NCBI GenBank assembly: GCA_964016885.1
Contig: OZ024742.1
Span: 132,494,001 to 132,558,000 of the forward strand
Direction of reading: 5' to 3'
DNA from: Eledone cirrhosa
Lineage: Eukaryota
Length of the DNA stretch: 64,000 bases
Positions 41,976-58,925 of this stretch are shown here, piece after piece (position 1 is the first letter of the stretch; every line of letters starts with the position of its first letter). The position numbers and the translations under genes were made by a program. The notes beneath the pieces were generated by a model. The model had not been told where the DNA came from and did not search any database. It saw only the letters and a list, made by a program, of their open reading frames with translations.

Positions 41976-42065
41976 TATATATATATATATATATATATAA
42001 CGAAGGAAATGTGGTAAGGAACCAGGTGGACCATAACGCACCAAAGTACTCAATACTTACTGGTT

Positions 42066-42114
<49 letters not shown>

Positions 42115-42545
42115 GATATATATATTTACTAGGCATAAATTTTGAAGGGCGATAAACGCAAGAAATAATGTATTGGCACTTATGGCAAACATTTGCGTCA
42201 GTACATTTACATTTGAGAGTACATAATTATATAACAACAATTTGTTTACTTCTAGCAGTTATCGTCATCCCTAAAAGCAATACATTGCGTATAACACACC
42301 GATATGTATATCGTTTATATACATTATATTCATAGTAATCAATATAATCAATATATTCTCTTGACACTATTATTGACATTATCTTACTCATTGCTGCATC
42401 GCAAATGTCACGGCGAATCAATATTGAAATAATTGATTTCTTACAACCTGACAGATATGTAGATGCGTTGTACTATTCGATTGGCCCTTATTTACCTCAT
42501 TGATATATACATAGATACCGACCACCACCCACAGACATATATATA

Positions 42546-42688
<143 letters not shown>

Positions 42689-42873
42689 TTTGTTTCCGCT
42701 ATCGTCGAAATTGAGCTATAAAAACATGGAGCTACACATATCGATATTATATTGCAATACCAGAACAGAGTAAAAGAATGTAAGAAAAAATTCACAGACA
42801 AGCAACACACACACACACAGACACGCACACACATATATATATATCTTCCGAAGATCCAGTTAACTTTAATCTA

Positions 42874-42917
<44 letters not shown>

Positions 42918-45900
42918 ATCACCCGCCCAACATCCTGTGAAACATTATCACTGATATATTAAATACATCTATAAATTCCTTAACTGCTGCAACCAGTCAA
43001 TGTGTGCCTCATTAAATTTTACTTTGTGTACATCTTAACATTTTAACGGGTCTTAGAAATGCCTGACGGGCCTCCCCTTTTCTCCACTGTCTAGTCCTTC
43101 GCTAAGTTTAACCTCCCACAATACGTTGGAGGCAAGTGAGAATCGGTGTACCTCTCAATCCCTAATACTGTTGCTGTAAGACAACAAGTTATTCTCTAGC
43201 CGAACTCCATATTTTCGAGCTAAAGATTCTTTAAAACTTAAATAGCAGTACGCTAGTTATTGAAATAACGTTTCTTCAAAATCACTTAATTCATAAACAT
43301 TATATATCCCTGCGACCAGTACTAACATAACTTTAAGAATATATAAATAATAAGGTATATTAATAAGAAGCAACCTTATATAACGCTATATCCTGCAGTG
43401 AAATCGTTTTTATATCTTTGAAATAATATATCTTTAAATCAATGGAAAAGTTACGTCCGGTATTGAAATAACATTTCTTTACATATGCTTTACTTAATTT
43501 TCAAAGAAATAGTATATAAAGCTATGACCTGTAGTGAAATAACGTTTCTTTGAATTGTTTAATGGCTCTTACTCCTGTAAAAATTATACCTCTCCTTCTA
43601 TTCAGACGAGAGTATTATATGAAACCCTGCATATCAGTGGCATTACACGTGAAATACAATTCACAAAAACTGTTTTTTTGCTAGCGTAAATAAAGGGCAG
43701 TTAACATTTGATATATACATAAGGACGATGGCATTAAACTATTTCCTGAATCAAATATATTTTCATATTTCCTCGAATTATAGCTATAACATTTTAAAAC
43801 GAAATTTATTTTGGTTTTAAACACTTTAGAGGTTCAGTTACCCATTTCAAATACGAACATATTTTTATGCTTAATATTAAACTCTTTTCTCTGATTTGTA
43901 ATTGCAAAATTTTAAATAATCACTACCCGCTTATAATAAATAAGTCCTCAACACGTTTGAGATCACCATCTTGTAGCTTGATAAGATCACGTTTATGGTT
44001 GTTTTTTGTTTTTTCATACAATACCAGAATTGCATAAAAGCAGTTCGTGGGTTTTGATTTTATCCCTTTGATTAATCCAAATATATATGACCATTAACTA
44101 TGTTAGAAAATAAAGTAAATATTTCTAGTATCACATTGATTTAATACTCATTTTAAAAATATGATTCAACGACTTTTACTCGTATTTAATTTATTATTGC
44201 AAACATTATGGAGATATTACTTCGTATATAATATTTTTAATTTAATCCGAATCATGTTAAAATGATAGCTGTTGCCTTTCCACTTAACATTTTGATGTAG
44301 TCACACAAATTCTCTGAATCAATCATAAACTCGATCGTCCTGAGATAGTTGTTTCTCTTTTTTAATCTCATATTTATCTAGTCACGTTAGACCATGTAAG
44401 CTGGTTAGTATCATAGTTTCTATTCTTTTGGAAAATGTATAGAAGAAGATTTAGAAGGACGGAAAAAATTGGATTCCAAATATTCACTTCAATTTACATT
44501 ATTCTCGTGTGGATAACTTTTCACTGGGGCTGTTTTAAACAACTAGAATCATACCACTGGTTGTGTGATTATGTTAGAAGATTCGTTGAGTACCATACAG
44601 AGTAGTGTGGCTATTACACTTACTGTTTTTGTTATTGGCTAGCCGTAGCACAGCCCGAAAAAACTTTCTATTTTTAAATGTATTTCAACTGTAGTTATAC
44701 TGTCTTAAGTGTAGATAGAGAATTACTGACACTACAATGTGCGATGACTCAATTGTAAGAAAGTAGGGAATACATTGATGGAGATTTTCTTGTTATTTAT
44801 AGCATACCATGTTGTAACACAAAAGCTATACCAATCGTCTGTCACCTTTCTGTATTCAAAATATCGCAGACGCGTCTATATATTGTTTCCTATATCAATA
44901 AAGTGAATTCAGGGCATCTTTTGGAATTGAGTAAATTAGTATAGTAGACATCTTATGATATCTAGACCTGTAACAATGTAAGGAGATAATATGAGTAAAC
45001 CCTATCCACTCATATATTCAGCCACAGATCAGTTCGGATTGAATGTACGAAATGTCAGAATCTTTTCTGCAAAAGCCGTCCTATCTTTTATACATATATT
45101 TCATATCTAATGCTATATCATTGATGTCAATGGATTTGTTTACAGTGGTATTGTATCATTTGGTGGATATTTGGATAATATTTATTTGAGGTCAGTAGAT
45201 ATAGTGTTGATGGTATTAGGGGAAAAATAGCTCCATTCTATTTTCGCTTTCTTTTTAACTGACACTCTATCGGTCGAACGAAGTTTTGCTTTTGCTCTCT
45301 ATTTCTTCCCCAATTGTATCTATCATCCCCTTAATTTCAGCTTACGCTTTTGCATATTGTAGCAGTTTTATCCCAATTATGTTTATATTGTTCTCTTTCT
45401 CTTTTATTATATCCATCTTCCTTCGTAATTTCTCTTTCTTTCCCTCCAACATAATAATTGTTTGACCTAAATTTCACTAGTTCCAGTAATAGAATTGGAA
45501 TAAGACAATCGATTTTAGAGTTCCTTCTAAAAAGGAACTGAGATTTTACATAACCAAAAATAATCAACGTAAAAGGAACAATACTATATTGTAATTATAT
45601 GTAGAAACAAATACAATATACTTTATTTATTAAAACATTGTATAGCATTTGTGCACTTCTTTCTTCATATTGTTAACAAATTTATTTTATGTAATTATAT
45701 CTGATATCATTTCCGGTTCTCTTTAATTATTTATTTATTTACTTTTCCCTTATTATGAATAGTCTTCAAATGGGTACAACTAAATGAGACAACAGTTTTC
45801 GCATACTAAATAGTACTGCTATTTCAATACACCTAGACAAAGCATTATCAAAACAAATATATATAAACATTTTATATAGATTAATAAGTAAATATTTTGT

Positions 45901-46437
45901 CGCTCGCTTAAATATCAGTGTTGATATATTACTAAAGAGAAAGTGGTAAAAGATTTATATATATATATTTATAATAGCCCCCCCCCCCCACCCCCCACCA
46001 CCACCGCGACCACCACCAACATGTATATATACATATATATACAGCAATAGGCAAAAGCGGCTCAGAGGACAGAGACCAAAGGCCAGGGGTCAACAGAGAG
46101 ACAATCCATGAGGTGGGTGACAGGCAGATGAAATATAGAAAATATTCAGCGAGAGGGAGGACAAGGAGTAGTGTCGTAGCGCATATAAGTGACTGGAATA
46201 AGGAAATAAAGAAAAGTGATGTGCAAGACTTGTTCACAGACACACATATTCACCTTCAACCAGCAAAATAGTTTCGCACGATTTAATTGCGAGAGCGATA
46301 ATAGAGTTATATGTATTTACATACAATGTCGGTTCGTCTCGATCAGAGATAACAATGTTTTGCTTTTAAATTCATGATAATAATAATATTAAGTATCTTT
46401 CAATAATAATATTAAGTATGTTTCCTGCTTATTAGCT

Positions 46438-46613
46438 GTATGGGTAGAGGGTCGGACGCCATGCTTTCCAGTATAGAGTTACAGCCCTTTATGGTCTGAG
46501 TTCAAATCCCGCCGAGATTAACTTTGCCTTTCATATTTACGGGGTCGATAAAATAAAGCACCAGTAATGCACTGGGATAATTGTTGGCCTTGTGCCAAAA
46601 GTAGAAACAATTA
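46438..46613 (+). mobile_element. SINE family A copy
   Basis: B-box-like gagttcaaatcc and central motif. Confidence 0.85.
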
Positions 46614-46964
46614 TATATCAATTTAAGCGAACCTTTTACCGCGACCTAATTTCACTTCACGTTTCTTTGTATATTATTTAATAACCAATTATACTCTTCT
46701 AACTCTTACAAATAATAATAGTAATAATAATAATAGTTTTATCAATGGTGATCAAGTAATGCATTTTATCTCAAACTAAAACCACAATCGCTGACAACTT
46801 TGCAAGTTAAAAATTCCTCACATACGTTCTTCGTTAAATAATCGCCAACATCCAATATTTGGTATAGTATCTATTCGTATAATATGTATGTGGCTAAACT
46901 TTATCCTTTTTCATAATTCCCGATGATATGCGGATGTTATATATATTTATATATTATGTTTTGT

Positions 46965-47400
46965 GTAAATAATTGCCTGTTGGTTTTCACTTCAATTTAT
47001 TATAAATGTCCAGTTGGTTGGGTGGATAAACGGATGGTTGTTGATATATTGTCAAAGATCTTTCGTCACACATTATATGACTCCCTCACTGACTAGGTTT
47101 TTTTTTGTGTCCCTCTTTTGATAAGTCCTACACCATCTCGTTTTTTTTAATCAAAATAAAAACCCAGTCATTGAGGATGTCACATGATGTGTGACGAAAG
47201 AACTTTGACAATATATAAACAACCATCCGGTTATCGAACCAACCATCCAACCGGAAATTTATAATAAATTGAAGTGAAAACAAACTGTTGCGTGTTGCTT
47301 TATTAGTAGCATGACCCTTCCAAAGTATAACAGTATCAGTTTCAACACACGTTTTCAGATAAGAAATCTTGCAAACAAAAAAAAAATCAAAAATAAAATA
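46965..47400. mobile_element. Older, diverged family K fold-back copy
   Basis: Degenerate HHRs at ~47051-47094(-) and ~47166-47210(+). Confidence 0.75.
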
Positions 47401-47655
47401 TGTATATATATATATATTATTTGTATTTATTTTCTTAATTTTTTCTTAAATTGAGACAGGCGAACCCAATTGTCTATAGTTAGTATTCTTTTCACCTTAG
47501 CGAATGAGGTTCCTTACAATTTGACCACATATATCTATATATCTGTGTTCGTTTTTCCTTTTATATTCTATTATAATATACGGCTCAGAAATATCTCTTT
47601 CTTTGATATATTTTGTTGAAAGAGACTATTTTGAGTTTCTAACTCAATATATACA

Positions 47656-47708
<53 letters not shown>

Positions 47709-48483
47709 AGAGAGAGAGAGAGAGGGGGAGAGGGAGAGAGAGAGAGAATAATCATTATCTCTCTTTTTAAATTTGATAATAAATATATGACCGATTCATT
47801 CCGTGTGTTTGTATTTGTGTGCGTGTGTTCGTGTGTGTGTGTAACGGTGGGCGTAGGCATGTGCGTATGTTTGTGTGTGTTCGCTTTTGAAAGTAAACGT
47901 TTGCAAAGCATAGAGACTGAAAACAGATAACAAATATGTATGTAAAAAAAAAAGTTGGACCACACTATTCTTTTTTTTTTTTCGAGTTGAGTGTTTTTCT
48001 TTAGATTTTGTTTTTTTTTGTTCCTCTACACAGATCACATCAACCTTAAACGAATCTGTTTTGTTCTTGCCAACTCTTTGATCTACTGCAAATTAAAGAG
48101 AGGATTAGTTAACTCCCTTTCCATCTACTTCAGACATAATTCCATTTATTGGTCTAACTAAATCTGCCGTCAACAGTTTCTTGCCTTCAATGCGCTACCG
48201 CCAGATTATTTTCCATTCATCAGGGCATTACTCGCTTTAAATTTTAATCCGCTCAGCTGTCTGTTGATTTTTCTATTCTAATTGTGAGTTCTGTTTTTGC
48301 TTTAGTGTTACTTTTTTTTTGTTTTGCTTTGTTTTTTCAAAACAAGATAAATTGGTTTGTATGTGATGGTGATAACAACGGCAATAGAACCGCCGACGCC
48401 GTCGCACCCACCAACCACCAACCACCACAATCACCACCACTACCACCACCAACACTATAATTACTACTACTAGTACTACTACA

Positions 48484-48515
<32 letters not shown>

Positions 48516-49378
48516 CAACGACAGTGATGATGATGGCGGTTTCTTTTAATAGCCACAAAAGGCATCGGATGAAGGAAACATTACAAAGACAAGTTATCAC
48601 ATGAAAGTGGAGGATTAAGCTGAAATGAGAAAAAATATGTAACAAGTTAATATAGTATACAAATTAGGTATACATAGTGTACAATTAAATAAGACATTCA
48701 GTCGCCCTGGTAAAGAGCTCAATACCGAAGGGACCCTATAGATCCACATTTACCTTGACGACAAGAGCAAGTGATAACCACTTCCAGCTGTCATTGTACA
48801 ACTTACTGAGTGCAGAATCACTAACTCTAACCAATGTTGCTATATTTCGTAGACAGGAAGAAGCGAGAGACCGTACATCCAGGAAATATTAGACATACTG
48901 TTAGTTAGAGCATCTAAACTCGGTAAGGTTGAGTTTTTTAAATATTTATTATCGACACCATACCACTTGCTTTCATACAACTGATTTTCAGTAAAGATTC
49001 ATTGCGCAGACAAAATATGGAAGAGTTCACTCACCTTACATGCGTGATTATCGGTTTTCAGTGTCTTTCGCATCTAACCTGTAGCATTGTACATAATGTT
49101 TTGGCTTTGAAAGTTTCCTTGTTAAAGGAATATCAATAAATATTTGCATCCATTGAATATGCTTGCTTCTTGCTGCTTTGGGCGAGTGGAGGCATATCAT
49201 CATAGATAGAAAGATATTGCGTTTAGTAAATCGAATGGAATGTGGATACGATTAGCTTGATTTGCCAAACTTAATGGGTGCCATTCAATTGTAGAAAATA
49301 GATCACATATGGGAAAGGTAAATCTCTCGTTCTAGCATAGAACATCATGAATACGTTTGGGTCCTTGATGATTAGCAT

Positions 49379-49416
<38 letters not shown>

Positions 49417-49841
49417 TAAATGGGGTGATGATGATTCAGATGAGTATGATTCAGATGATTCAGATGATGATGCAGTTGGTGATGATGAATAAGTTATTGA
49501 TGAAATGAAAACAGTGAAGTAAACTGAAAGTTTTGAGTTACATGTAAATATTACGTTATAGAGATAAAAACTAACGCCATATGTGACATAGCCAATTAAA
49601 GTTTCATGTCGCGGCGGATTGACTACGATGCTCATAATTACGGAATTATAGTTTTCTGTGCATATGTTCCTTTGTACACATGTACAGAAGATATGTACGT
49701 ATGTATATATACAGGGATATATATATGTAAGAAAACATGTATGTATGTATGTATTTATGTATGTATGTACGACCTTACTTATTTACGCACGCATGCAGAC
49801 AAGTAGGCATGCCTGTATGCATGAGAGGGTTTATGTATACA

Positions 49842-49912
<71 letters not shown>

Positions 49913-50222
49913 GCATATGTGTGTGTTTGTGTATGTGTTTATAATTGTATATATTTGAATATGTGTTAATAATTGTGAGTGATTGTGTGTGTTTACGAGT
50001 AGATATATGCGTTTATATTTCAACTGATAAGGTTTGATCAATGTGTGAAGTAGCACATTAACCAACAACTGAAGCAGGTGTACATATTAGATATATAACC
50101 CTAAACTATTTTTGCACCTGTACTGGTGCTGCTCGAATCTACGAAAGATTTCAGACGGCACAAATCAACCGTATCACCAAAACAAAGAAAATAACATACA
50201 GAATATTAAAATTCGCTTATGG

Positions 50223-50304
<82 letters not shown>

Positions 50305-51059
50305 ACACACGGCCAGTTACACTTACATATACTCATACGCATAGACACATGCATATAGTGAAGGAATGATGTCCTGTGGTAAGGGAGGTGGACACATGAT
50401 CTCTATTATTTGCTATACGAGGGGATCCTATCTACTAAAAAACCGTGGCGAGTTTTAAACCTGGTGGATAGCAAGCAACTATTCTGCTTGATTCCTGAGG
50501 CTAGCGGTAGGTTGTGTTCTTGACCGAAACACTCCCCTTTACGTTGCTCAAGCCTTGTCAACTGAAATCTTGTATAATATATACATATATATATACCTTA
50601 TTATCTGACAATATATTATGTTCCTTCTCTCATTGCTATGAATTATATGAGCTCGGTCTCTCTTCATTGAGCTCCCTTGATCATAGGGAATTTATTGTGA
50701 ATTTCTCGTTCTATATTATATACATATAAATCAGGATGGAATCAGCTTAGGGAATTAATCAATAGAGTTCTCGATGCTTCAGAACCCGACGACTGAGCTC
50801 TTACCGTTTCAACAGTTGTTCAACAACTATTGAAACGGCAAGAGCTCATGTGTCGGGTTCCGATTCTTTATAATATATATACACACATATATAATAATTG
50901 TTTCTACTTTAGGCACGAGGCCAGCAATTACCCAGTGCAGTACATCTATATTTAAAACAAATAGGGATGTACGTATGAAGCCGTCTTTGTTGTTTATCAT
51001 CATAATAAAACTACGGATGAACAAAAGTTATCGAGTGCTTCCATCATCCAACTTTCTTC

Positions 51060-51139
<80 letters not shown>

Positions 51140-51245
51140 ATTTCCTGGGGATAATTTAATGTTATCCAAAGTATTAAAATTGAAATAAACGTAGAAATAA
51201 ATTCGATAATTTGAAGTATCTTTGCGTTTACATTTTAATTTTATA

Positions 51246-51299
<54 letters not shown>

Positions 51300-51304
<5 letters not shown>

Positions 51305-51790
51305 AGATAAACAGAACAAGCAAGATTCAAACAATTTTTAAAGTTAAATTAAAAAATATAATTTAAATATTTACTTATTCCAATTGCTTTTACCGATCGG
51401 TTTCACTTCACAAAAGATTGGAGATCCATAGAGACCTCCAATGGAAAAGTTTAGATCATCAGAAAGCATATTCCTTTCCTAGGACTAAAAGTCCCAGGAA
51501 CGGCAAAATATATTGCCATCTGCCAGCTAGCACAGGATCGAATGGGGCCGAAAATTTGAAATATGCATGAACCAATCTTTTGTGAAGTGAAACCGATCGC
51601 AATTGGAATAAGTAAATATTTAAATTATATGTTTTAATTTATTTTAAAAAATTGTTTGAATCTTACTTGTTCTGCTTATCTCAATATTATAGTTCTGGTA
51701 TGTCAAATTAAAACCATAGAACAACCCTTGTATCATAGACACCCTATATATTTCCAGTGGTACTTAGTACCTGTGGTCATATTAACTTCC
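51300..51790. mobile_element. Family H inverted pLTR plus leader upstream of a PLE ORF
   Basis: HHR 51385-51468(-) tgcttt-CTGATGA...GAA-ACCGATCGGT-A-aaagca; arms ~51300-51420 and ~51572-51686. Confidence 0.8.
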
Positions 51791-53430
51791 ACGGCCACCC
51801 TACTTCACACTGAAGGACCACAAATCCGATTTCGACTGTAAACCATCTATCAGGCTTATAAACCCAACGAAGTCCGACATAGGGAGAATCAGCAAAACAA
51901 TCCTAGACCGCGTGATACCTAAAGTCAAGCAACACGCTCGTCTTAGCCTATGGATCAATACCCAGGAAGTTATCTCATGGTTCAGCAATTTGGAGGATAA
52001 ACGAGACACTAAATTTATCCAGTTCAACATAGAGAGCTACTATGCTTCAATCACCTTACCGCTACTTACTGCCGCCTTGGACTCCGCCGAAGCACTTGTG
52101 CCCATCACCGACCAGGAAAGAAAAATCATCCTCCACACCAGGAAGACAGTCTTACTCTTTGACAACTCCAAATGGATAAAAAGAGCTCCTGACTCACCCT
52201 TCGACGTCGGCATGGGCGCTACGGATTCGGCGGAGGTCACAGATCTTATAGGATTATTCCTTATAGCCAAACTCACCGATATGTTTCCTGCTTTCGGTGG
52301 TGGATTGTACCGTGATGATGAATCCTTACCCTTACAGGGTACAACTCCAGTAGTACAGATCGGGTCGGTAAAAAATTAATCAGCTTCTTCCGCGACTGGG
52401 GATTTAAAATAACACTACAAACGTCCCTGACCCGAGTTAATTTCCTGGATGTTACCCTCGATCTCAATAATGACCTGTACTACCCATACAGGAAACCCAA
52501 TGACAACCTGCACTACATCCACCGCCGATCTAACCATCCCAGGAACATCACCAACAACCTGGTCAAAAACATCTCCCTCCGTATATCCCGTTTGTCAGCT
52601 AATGAGAAGATATTCGATGAACATGCGCCTTACTACAACCAGGCCCTCAAGCGGAGTGGTTTCCGGGAGGAAATATCCTACTGTCCAGCTCCCATTAGCG
52701 GAACCAGCAGGCGACACCGCCGCTCACGCAATGTAACATGGTTCAATCCTCCCCACAACGCTGAGGTGACAACTCCCATCGGGAAAATTTTCTTTAGGCT
52801 CATTGAAAAACACTTCCCACCACAACATCGCTACCACAACATAGTTAACAAAAATACCATCAAACTCTCTTACAGCACTACACCCAACTTCGCACAAAAC
52901 ATCGTCTCCTCCAACAACAAAAAACTCAACCCCGATGGAAGAAACAACCTAAATAGCAGTGGAGAGCCGACCAGGAGGTGCAACTGTCCTGATAGATCCA
53001 GTTGCCCCCTCGACAACAGATGCAGAGACCGTAATGTGATCTACCAGTGCAACGTGAGCACGGACACCTCCAACAAAGCTTATATAGGATTAACCGCATG
53101 CGACTTCAAGACCCGGCTATACCAACACAGACATACCGTCCGAAACCCGGCACGGCGTCACGCCACTACACTTTCGGGCCACATATGGGACCTCAAGGAC
53201 AACAACATCAACTATGATCTCACTTGGAAATTACTGTCCAGAGCCAACTCTTACACGGGATGACGCCGTCCGTGCAATTTATGCTCGGAGGAAACATTAC
53301 AAATGCTGTTTTCGACGGACCAACTCCTAAACAAGAAAGATAAACTGGTTACTGCATGTAAACACCGATTACGTAGGACTTACCTCGCCCTCAAACCCCA
53401 TAATGACCCGGGGGGGGGGGGGGTAGACTA
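51786..53430 (+). pseudogene. PLE RT-CxC-GIY-YIG (probably Hydra clade), N-terminus missing
   Basis: TLKDHK..RLINPTKS, FIQFNI, MGATDSAEV, GLYRDD, NFLDVTLDL, WFNPP, CNCPDRSSCPL, IYQC..YIGLT..FKTR, CNLC. Confidence 0.93.
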
Positions 53431-53888
53431 GGGCTATAACACCCCACTTGCCTATTTTGTAATGGGTAACCCCTGCTTGCCTATGGAGACGTAAGATCTT
53501 CTTTTACATTCTTTTATCGCTTCCTCTATATTTCCTCCTTCCCCCCATTCCCCCTAGTCCTTCTACCCCAGTTCCTTTTCTTTGTCGTCGCCTTTTTCTC
53601 GCCCACCCGAGGTAGCCCATCGGTCCCTTGTAGCTTCAGCACCCCCACCCCCGCCCCTATTCTATGATTGATGTGGCTGACTCCGCTTTTTATAGCAGAG
53701 GTGTTAGACTTCGGATACTCGCCCCCTTCTCCGACCGCTGTCCCCTTTTTCCGTGCCTTCTATATTTCTTAGTGGCATCTTTGCTTTAATTTTTCGTTTA
53801 TCCAGTATCTCTTTTTACTTTTTCCCTTTTTTTTGGGGGGGGGGTTGTTCCTGTATTAATTTTCCGTTCTTTACTTTTACTTCGTACG

Positions 53889-54003
<115 letters not shown>

Positions 54004-54640
54004 TGTGTGTGGTGTGTGTGTGTGTATGGGTGTGTCCATAATTATTTTGTCACTTTCTTTGTGCACCGTAAACTAGCAAAGCGTAAAACAAAAAAAAGTG
54101 GTCAAAGAAATAATCACTGGGGTCGGTAAAATTGACTAAATCAAGGTGGTCTCGACTGACTGATTCGAGTAAAACGTTGGAGTCGATGTGAGCTGCGGGC
54201 CTCTCGACATCACACATCGTAATGAAATATAGAATATCAACATAACAACCTATGTGACATTTCCACTACCTCTCATCAATATTTATATATGTATTCAGTA
54301 AAATGTGTGCCTGCAGCCGAAATATATGATACAGTTATATCTGTATAAATACACTGTGTAAGAACGACTGCACCAATCGGTATAAATATATACACATATC
54401 TAATATGTAGGCATGTAAACATGCCAGAAAATATGAATTTCCCTATATATAAAAAAAACAAAACATATTTAATCAATTATTGGATCCTATTCAAACCTCA
54501 CCAGAGGACCTGTACATCATCCAATCAACCACAAGGGAACATGTATTTCATGGGTACATATACCGATTTGCAGTTACCATTATTCTGGAAATGAACATAC
54601 CAAGTTACCGATTGTGTGCTAATTAATATATATATATATA

Positions 54641-54790
54641 TTTGAATAAAGGAAAAGAATAACTTCACTCATAGTTCTACATTTAATGATAGTTGACTTA
54701 ATATTATAATATTACCAAATCATAATATTATAAAATAAATAAAATTGTTTAGAACTACAAGTGAAGTCATTCTTTTCCTTTTTTTCATAT
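54641..54790. repeat. AT-rich fold-back cassette
   Basis: gaataaaggaaaagaataacttcac / gtgaagtcattcttttcctttttttc inverted; no HHR core seen. Confidence 0.55.
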
Positions 54791-54850
54791 ATACCTTACT
54801 GTAGCAAGGATTTCGCACATTTTCCTATATACATAAATACACACAAACTC

Positions 54851-55570
<720 letters not shown>

Positions 55571-55633
55571 TATATATATACATTAATAATAAATGTGAAG
55601 ACTAAAATCCGAAGAGGGCTCAATTAGGATATA

Positions 55634-56110
55634 TCTATATATATAAAGTTGTATTCCTGTCTGTTTGTTTGTTTGTTTGTTCACGAGCTCCTCCTATGGA
55701 GATAGACCGCCATAACCATATATATTCTGAAACTACATTGCCCAGGTTACTTGGATAATTATATTTCATTATAATCAAAGGGCTCCCGGGGACACAAAAC
55801 CCCTGATGAAATGTTTTCCCTTCGATTTATATGAAATTTAAACCATAGGTAACGGACAAGATATGATCCCTATTCACAAATTTCCACCAAATTTCAATAA
55901 TATGAAGACACCATAATGGAGGTTTAACACCGTGTTATTGTTCCCCGGGGACACAAGCCCCGCTGAAAATGTTTTCCGTTCGATTTATATGAAATTTAAA
56001 CCATAGGCAAATGACAAGATATGATGCCTATTCACAACAGTTTTGAATTGATATTTTGAAAAAAAATTATTTACAAAAAAACAAAATAAGAATAAGATTT
56101 AATAATGTAA
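55634..56110 (+). mobile_element. Probable non-autonomous Helitron fragment
   Basis: Starts TCTATATATATAAAG followed by (GTTT)n; internal ~160-bp tandem repeat at ~55785 and ~55944; 3' CTAG/hairpin not seen. Confidence 0.5.
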
Positions 56111-56146
56111 TTTTGATTTGATATATTACAAAAAAAAAAGGTTTTC

Positions 56147-56181
<35 letters not shown>

Positions 56182-56218
56182 TATGTATATATATATATAC
56201 ATATACATATATATATAC

Positions 56219-56298
<80 letters not shown>

Positions 56299-56432
56299 CG
56301 AAGGAAATGTGGTAAGGAACCAGGTGGACCATAACGCACCAAAGTACTCAATACTTGAGGTAGTAGAGTGGGTAATAGGAACCAGTAAGACCCCGACAGC
56401 TGAGCTCAAGCCGTTTCGACGGCTAATTCTGG

Positions 56433-56723
<291 letters not shown>

Positions 56724-57689
56724 GTATGTGCATAGATGCACAGGATAATGGACCACCAACAGTGTCAACGATGAATGCGACATGTTTTCGCATGAGGTAA
56801 CAGCCTGTTCATGATATTAACGTGAAGGTGGCTGAGATTTTCACAAGCACGTGTACGCTTTTCATAATTCTTAGGGTGATTCAGCATGACGATATATGTG
56901 ACCTGACTGGTACTTTGAAATACAGGTACTTACTCTCCAGCTGAATGAATTCCAAATTTTCTCTATAAACAATTTCACTTCCAAGTCTGTACCTGTCATT
57001 TCCTTCAATATGCGACATATACCTCTTTGATATGGAGATTCCCTTCCATATCCTAGGGTTATCAGAATCATCACCATCTCACGACCACCACACTACCCCT
57101 AGCGACCTCACCCACTTCGTAACTACCAATACTACTATTATTCTAACACATACATATGTGCTCGGCTCTGAATGTTCTCGTGAGTGCACATGTGCTTAAT
57201 AAGCCTGTTTTTAATTTACTCAATTTTGGCTTATCCTTTACTTCCATGCTCTGTATTGGTGTTTAACCATACATTGATACGTATCTAACACATTTATTGA
57301 GTTTCTAGACACTTGTGATTCTTATGTATATCCACGGCTACGATTTATGGAGGAACTGTACAAAATGGTCGAAATCTATGTCATGACAGAAACCTAAATG
57401 AGGAATGCTTGGACTCATATTAATTTTGTTTCTGATTGCTAATTATATATTGCCAACCAACAAAGACATGCCTGAGTAGCTTTTATGTTTAAACGTGAAG
57501 GATTAAATGCTTCACAACAAAACAAATACTGCGCAAAATAAATGAACGGCAAAGATTACAATGAAAGAAAAATACACGTAACTATGAGCAGTTGAAAACT
57601 CTGGTCACCGTTGGGGATACTTTTACTATGAAAGGTATGAGTTTGGATAAATGTATGGAGTCCAGCTGAGCTCAGGGATGTTATCCAAA

Positions 57690-58925
57690 CATTTGTTGCC
57701 CTGGGTCTAAACATAGGTCTCCTGCCACTTGTTTTTTTTTCGTACAATATGTCCACCAATTCTTTCCTTGGATATTCCAACTACATGCCCAAAGTACCGG
57801 AGCTGTGATCTCTCAATTTAGAGAAGTAGCGGCTCTACCTGGAGTGACTCTCTGATCTCCGAGCTACGCATTCTATCGAGTAACGTTACACAGTAGACCT
57901 TTCGGAGGAAACACATATCGGCCGTCAGTATTCACGATTGTATTCTTTCGGTCATTACCCAAGATCAATGACCATATGTAAGAGTTGGCACGAACACCTA
58001 ATTGAAGATAGCGTGATTAGCACCATTTATCCGATCACAATTACTCGGGAATTATATAGAGATATCAGGGCAACAAGCAGCTGAAGATAGATCCCATATT
58101 CCTGCAGAAACTTCCAAAGCAGATTCCATAGAACGCAGTCATATGCAATTTCGAGGTCTACAAGTCAAGACTATACATCTTTCCAGAATTCCCACGATTT
58201 CTCAAAGAACTGCCGCAGTATGAATATTTGCTCGTCTGTGCTATATCCGGGAGGAAAACCGCACTGTTCATCAGATAGCTTGGACTCGAGAATCTCTTCA
58301 CGAGACACTTAGCATAAACTTTACCGGGGAAGCTTAACATGGTGATCTCTCTATAATAGGAGCAATGGCTACTGTTTCCCTTCTCGAAAATTGGGTATAT
58401 CATTCTGCGACCGAATTTTATCATTCCCAGCGGCCTTGCCAAATCAACGGGGGAAGCTTAGCAAGGAGATTTCTCTATAATTGGAGCAATCTCTTTTGTC
58501 TCCCCTTTTGAAAATTGGGATCATCCTCCCGACTGCCATTGCTTAGGTGCCTTTCCAAAGATCCAGGACACACGTCACATGCGAGTCAGCCAAAGAATAC
58601 CTTCTCTATTTGGGGTTTTTAACATCCTTGATTAATTCTCCGCAGCAGCCTTGCCATATTTGAGCTCTTTAAGTTCTCTTGTAGCCGTGAAATTACTCAT
58701 CGCTCCCAGATGCACTTCGTGTACATCAGTAGATGATCAGGTTTAGGAGATCAGCATAGTATTCTTTCCACCTCGCGAAGATGCATCACTCTGAACAGAG
58801 GAAAACGCCGGACGCATTTCTGATGGTAGGCGTGGAGGAGGACGTCTTATTACGAAGTCGACGGATGGTCTGCCATCATACTTTATTTGCTGATCTGTAG
58901 TAGGATCCAGCTTAACCCCAAAGTC
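57690..58925 (-). mobile_element. Degraded RTE-clade LINE (RT region)
   Basis: PIFEKGNSSHCSYYREITMLSFPGKVYAKCL; VMTERI...DRMRSSEIRESLQVEPLLL.IERSQLRYFGHV. Confidence 0.85.

Noticed and set aside
48215-48235. Minus-strand CTGATGAatgGAAA
   Set aside because: No room for stem II; chance match
53255-53270. In-frame TGA in the PLE endonuclease as possible selenocysteine
   Set aside because: It is not at a Cys position (the paralog reads YNRNKRQC), and the copy has other frameshifts
55803-55840. CTGATGA...GAAA in the Helitron-like repeat
   Set aside because: No convincing stems, and the second tandem unit lacks the core
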